From contig OX597819.1 in NCBI GenBank assembly GCA_951406725.2, positions 89,962,001 to 90,026,000 of the forward strand: 64,000 nucleotides of DNA, in the 5' to 3' direction. This document shows positions 60,800-64,000 of this stretch, one piece after another. Under the pieces are notes generated by a model that had not been told where the DNA came from, did not search any database, and saw only the letters and a program-made list of their open reading frames with translations. Each line of letters begins with the position of its first letter. The stretch's first letter is position 1. Both the position numbers and the translations under genes were made by a program. This stretch comes from Octopus vulgaris. Lineage: Eukaryota.

Positions 60800-61202
60800 C
60801 AGTAATACCTTGCTGTACGAGTTTAATTCATTCCATGACAGAGCTCGTTTTACGATTTACCCATTTAACAAATCAATTTTCCCCATTGAAATTAACTAAA
60901 ATATAATTAATTCACTCCAGCCCCCAAAAACCACTCAAAAGTAATTTTTCATGGGTTTTAAAACAGAAAAGATGTAGTTACAAGAAAAATGAGAATTATA
61001 AAAAAGAGAATGCAAAAGAAATATGTAAATAGGCGCAGGAGTGGTTGTGTGGTAAGTAGCTTGCTAACCAACCACATGGTTCCGGATTCAGTCCCACTGC
61101 GTGGAATCTTGGGCAAGTGTCTTCTGCTATAGCCTCGGGCCGACCAAAGCCTTGTGAGTGGATTTGGTAGACAGAAACTGAAAGAAGCCTGTCGTATATA
61201 TG

Positions 61203-61235
<33 letters not shown>

Positions 61236-61603
61236 TTGTGTGTCTGTGCTTGTCCCCCTAGCATTGCTTGACAACCGATGCTGGTGTGTGTTTATGTCCC
61301 CGTCACTTAGCGGTTCGGCAAAAGAGACCGATAGAATAAGTACTGGGCTTACAAAGAATAAGTCCCGGGGTCGATTTGTCGACTAAAGGCGGTGCTCCAG
61401 CATGGCCGCAGTCAAATGACTGAAACAAGTAAAAGAGTAAAGAGTAAACTCGTTTTATTAACAGAATTACCTTAAAGATCGGAAAACTTGTGTGCTCGCA
61501 CTGCGGATTTCCGCTCTTACTTCAAGACAAAAATTCGCATGAGTCTTGACTCGTGTAGCAAATTACTCGTACAATCGTGCACTCATACTGTGAGGTTCTA
61601 CTG
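60800..61603. mobile_element. Tigger-like MITE carrying a SINE insertion
   Basis: TA-CAGTAATACCT...AGGTTCTACTG-TA termini. Confidence 0.65.
61032..61447 (+). mobile_element. SINE family A, full length, little diverged
   Basis: GGCGCAGGAGTGG head through to (AAAGAGT)n tail. Confidence 0.92.
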
Positions 61604-62924
61604 TATATACAATGTAAAGAAAATGATATAAACCACATAAACCAGCATGACCGAGTGGTTAAGAAGTTTGCTTCCCAACCTCATGGTTTCAGGTTCAGTC
61701 TCAATGTGTAATACTTTGGGCAAATTCCTTCTACTATAGCCCTGGGCCAACCAATGCCTTGTGAGTGAATTTGCTAGATGAAAACTGAAAGAAGCCTGTT
61801 TTGTGCATGTGTGAACTAGCATAGCTAGAGTGTGTGCCACCCAGGTTGCCCCCAAACACCACAAAAAATACATATTGCCTACAGTAATAGCCTATGACAA
61901 GATGAAAAGTGCCCCCTCCTAGCTACACTAGTACATGTGTGTGTGTGGTTGTTACTCCACCTCCACTTAACAACTGGAGAGGGTTTGTTTACACTCTCCT
62001 AACTTTGCGGTTCAGCAAAAAAAGAACAACAGAATGAGTACAAGGCTTAAGAAAAATAAACTGAGATCAATTTGTTCAACTGAACCCTTTAAGATAATGT
62101 CCCAGCATGGCCACAATCCAAAGACTGAAACAATTAAAAGATAAATGATTTGGAGAGAAATATCTCCTGAAAAGTTATTGTTGCTTCCACATATGCAATG
62201 AAAAGTTGTATCTTATTTTTTTTTTTTTTTATGTTTCAATCATTAGACTGTGGCCATGCTGGAGCACTGCCTTGAAGAACTTTTAGTTCAATGAATCAAC
62301 CCTAGTATCTATTTTTTTTTAAAGCCTGATACATATCCTGTCAGTCTCTTAATGCTAAACAGCTAAGTTACACGGACATAAACAAACTAACACTGGTTGT
62401 CAAGTAGTGATGGGCGACAAACACAGACACAAAGATATACACACACACACACTTATATATCATCATCATCATTTAACATCTGTTTTCCATGCTGGCATGG
62501 GTTGGATTTTTGACCAGAGCTGGAGAGCTGCACCAGGCTCCAGTCTGATTTGGTATGGTTTCTACAGCTGGATGCCCACTTTACACTGTATGCTGGGCAC
62601 TTTTATGTACAACAAGCACAAATGCTTTTTAAGTGGCAAGGGCACAGGACTCTTGCAGACTGCTCCTTTCACCAGGGGATGACGGGTTAGGCAGATTTTC
62701 TGTGGCCAAATGCCCTTCCTGTTACCAACCCTCACCAGTTTCCAAGCAAGGTAATATTTCCCTATGGCCAGATATGTTTTTCACTGAAGACTGGAAATGA
62801 ACACCCTAGCTTGTATGGCAATGATGCTCTTTTAGAATCTTCATGAAATACCTAATGAAGGCACACACAAGAACATACATACATATACATATGCCAGCAT
62901 GGAAGACTAATGTTAAATGATGAA

Positions 62925-63045
62925 GATGATATATACATGTGTGTGTGTGTACACACACACTCACATATATATATATGTATGTATATATATATATATAATA
63001 TATATATACATAAATATATATGTATATATATATATGTATGTATAA
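62925..63045. repeat. TA/TG/CA microsatellite tract
   Basis: Directly visible; similar tracts at ~5945, 6470 and 51385-51465. Confidence 0.9.
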
Positions 63046-63047
63046 AT

Positions 63048-64000
63048 AACCCATCATCGACCTTATCACATCACTGACTTCTTCACCTGCACTTCTACCA
63101 ATGTCATCTACTGCATCTCCTGCTCTCGGGCAAATGGACGCTGCTTGGCTGACTGGTTCGCGTAACTCCTCCAATACATTCGACTCAACAATGACACCCT
63201 GGTCTCACACCATTTCCGCTCTACTGGTCACTCTTTGCAAAAACCCTTTGTTCGGATTGTCCTCGCACAGGGGCCATCTGGACTCCCGTTTGCACCGTGA
63301 ACAGGGATTAATCTTCTTTCTTCCCTCCTTTGTGCCACATGGGCTCAACTTTCCTCCCCTCTTCATTTAACCTCCTTCCCTCGTCTCTCTCTCCCCCCTC
63401 ACATCCACTTCATCCCACACACCTCACCTCTCTTGCTCCGACTCCTACTTCTCTTAACTTCTGCTCTCCTCTCTTCACTCTTGCCCACCTTCTCCTTCTT
63501 CCCTTCATCGTCACCCCTCCCTCATAACCCCACCCCACCTCTACACATTCCAACCCCACCTTCCCTATCCTTCCCCTTCCACATACCTCACCTTTGCCTA
63601 TCCATATACCCTACCTCTGCCTACCCACATACCCCACCTCTACCCCTACTTTCAGCTTAACCCACACCCCACCCTTGCTTTCCCCACTCTCGCCTCCCCC
63701 ACCACCCAACACATCACACTACACCATACCACACAACACATCACACCACCATGCACACACTAGCACTGACCACTTCCCAGCCACCATCTACACATACACA
63801 CATGTACACATCAATGTTACCAGCCCTCTTCCACATGCACATACATACTCTCTTATACACACACGCGCACATCTTCATTTTGGGATCACCACTACTTTAT
63901 TATCTCCCCTTCTTCCAAGCTCTCCTGTACGACACTTCTGTCCAGCATTTGCATTGATAGATCGCTAGCCACTTCACATTCTTTATTTTCTCTCCTTGTT
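63048..64000 (+). mobile_element. Penelope-like element: degenerate GIY-YIG endonuclease and C-rich 3' region
   Basis: FTCTSTNVIYCISCS...GQ.GRCLADWF...VSHHF...REQGLIFFL...PHGLN across frameshifts. Confidence 0.8.

Noticed and set aside
63330-63968. Pro/His/Thr-rich ORFs
   Set aside because: Artefact of low-complexity C/A-rich sequence.

Overview
AT-rich, repeat-dense animal genomic DNA. The SINE/RTE repeat set points to an octopus (coleoid cephalopod); this is inferred from recalled repeat families, not from a search. One complete minus-strand gene dominates the window: a kinesin-8 of the KIF18A type. I reconstructed 20 coding exons by hand from 53016 to 10997. All have GT-AG borders and consistent phases, giving 2910 nt or 969 aa. 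A likely short 5' exon ends at 56434, next to a CCAAT plus CDE/CHR-like cell-cycle promoter. Introns and flanks hold tRNA-derived SINEs, RTE and CR1 LINE fragments, a Penelope GIY-YIG fragment, and mariner, hAT, piggyBac-like, Tigger-like and Sola2-like DNA transposon derivatives. Most ORFs in the supplied track are repeat-derived noise. I found no clearly new multi-gene system. The best leads are post-transcriptional: an in-frame uORF whose UAG could be A-to-I recoded, an alternative donor that removes a KEN motif, inverted mariners around a 711-nt in-frame exon block, an intronic hairpin, and a highly structured GC-rich insert.
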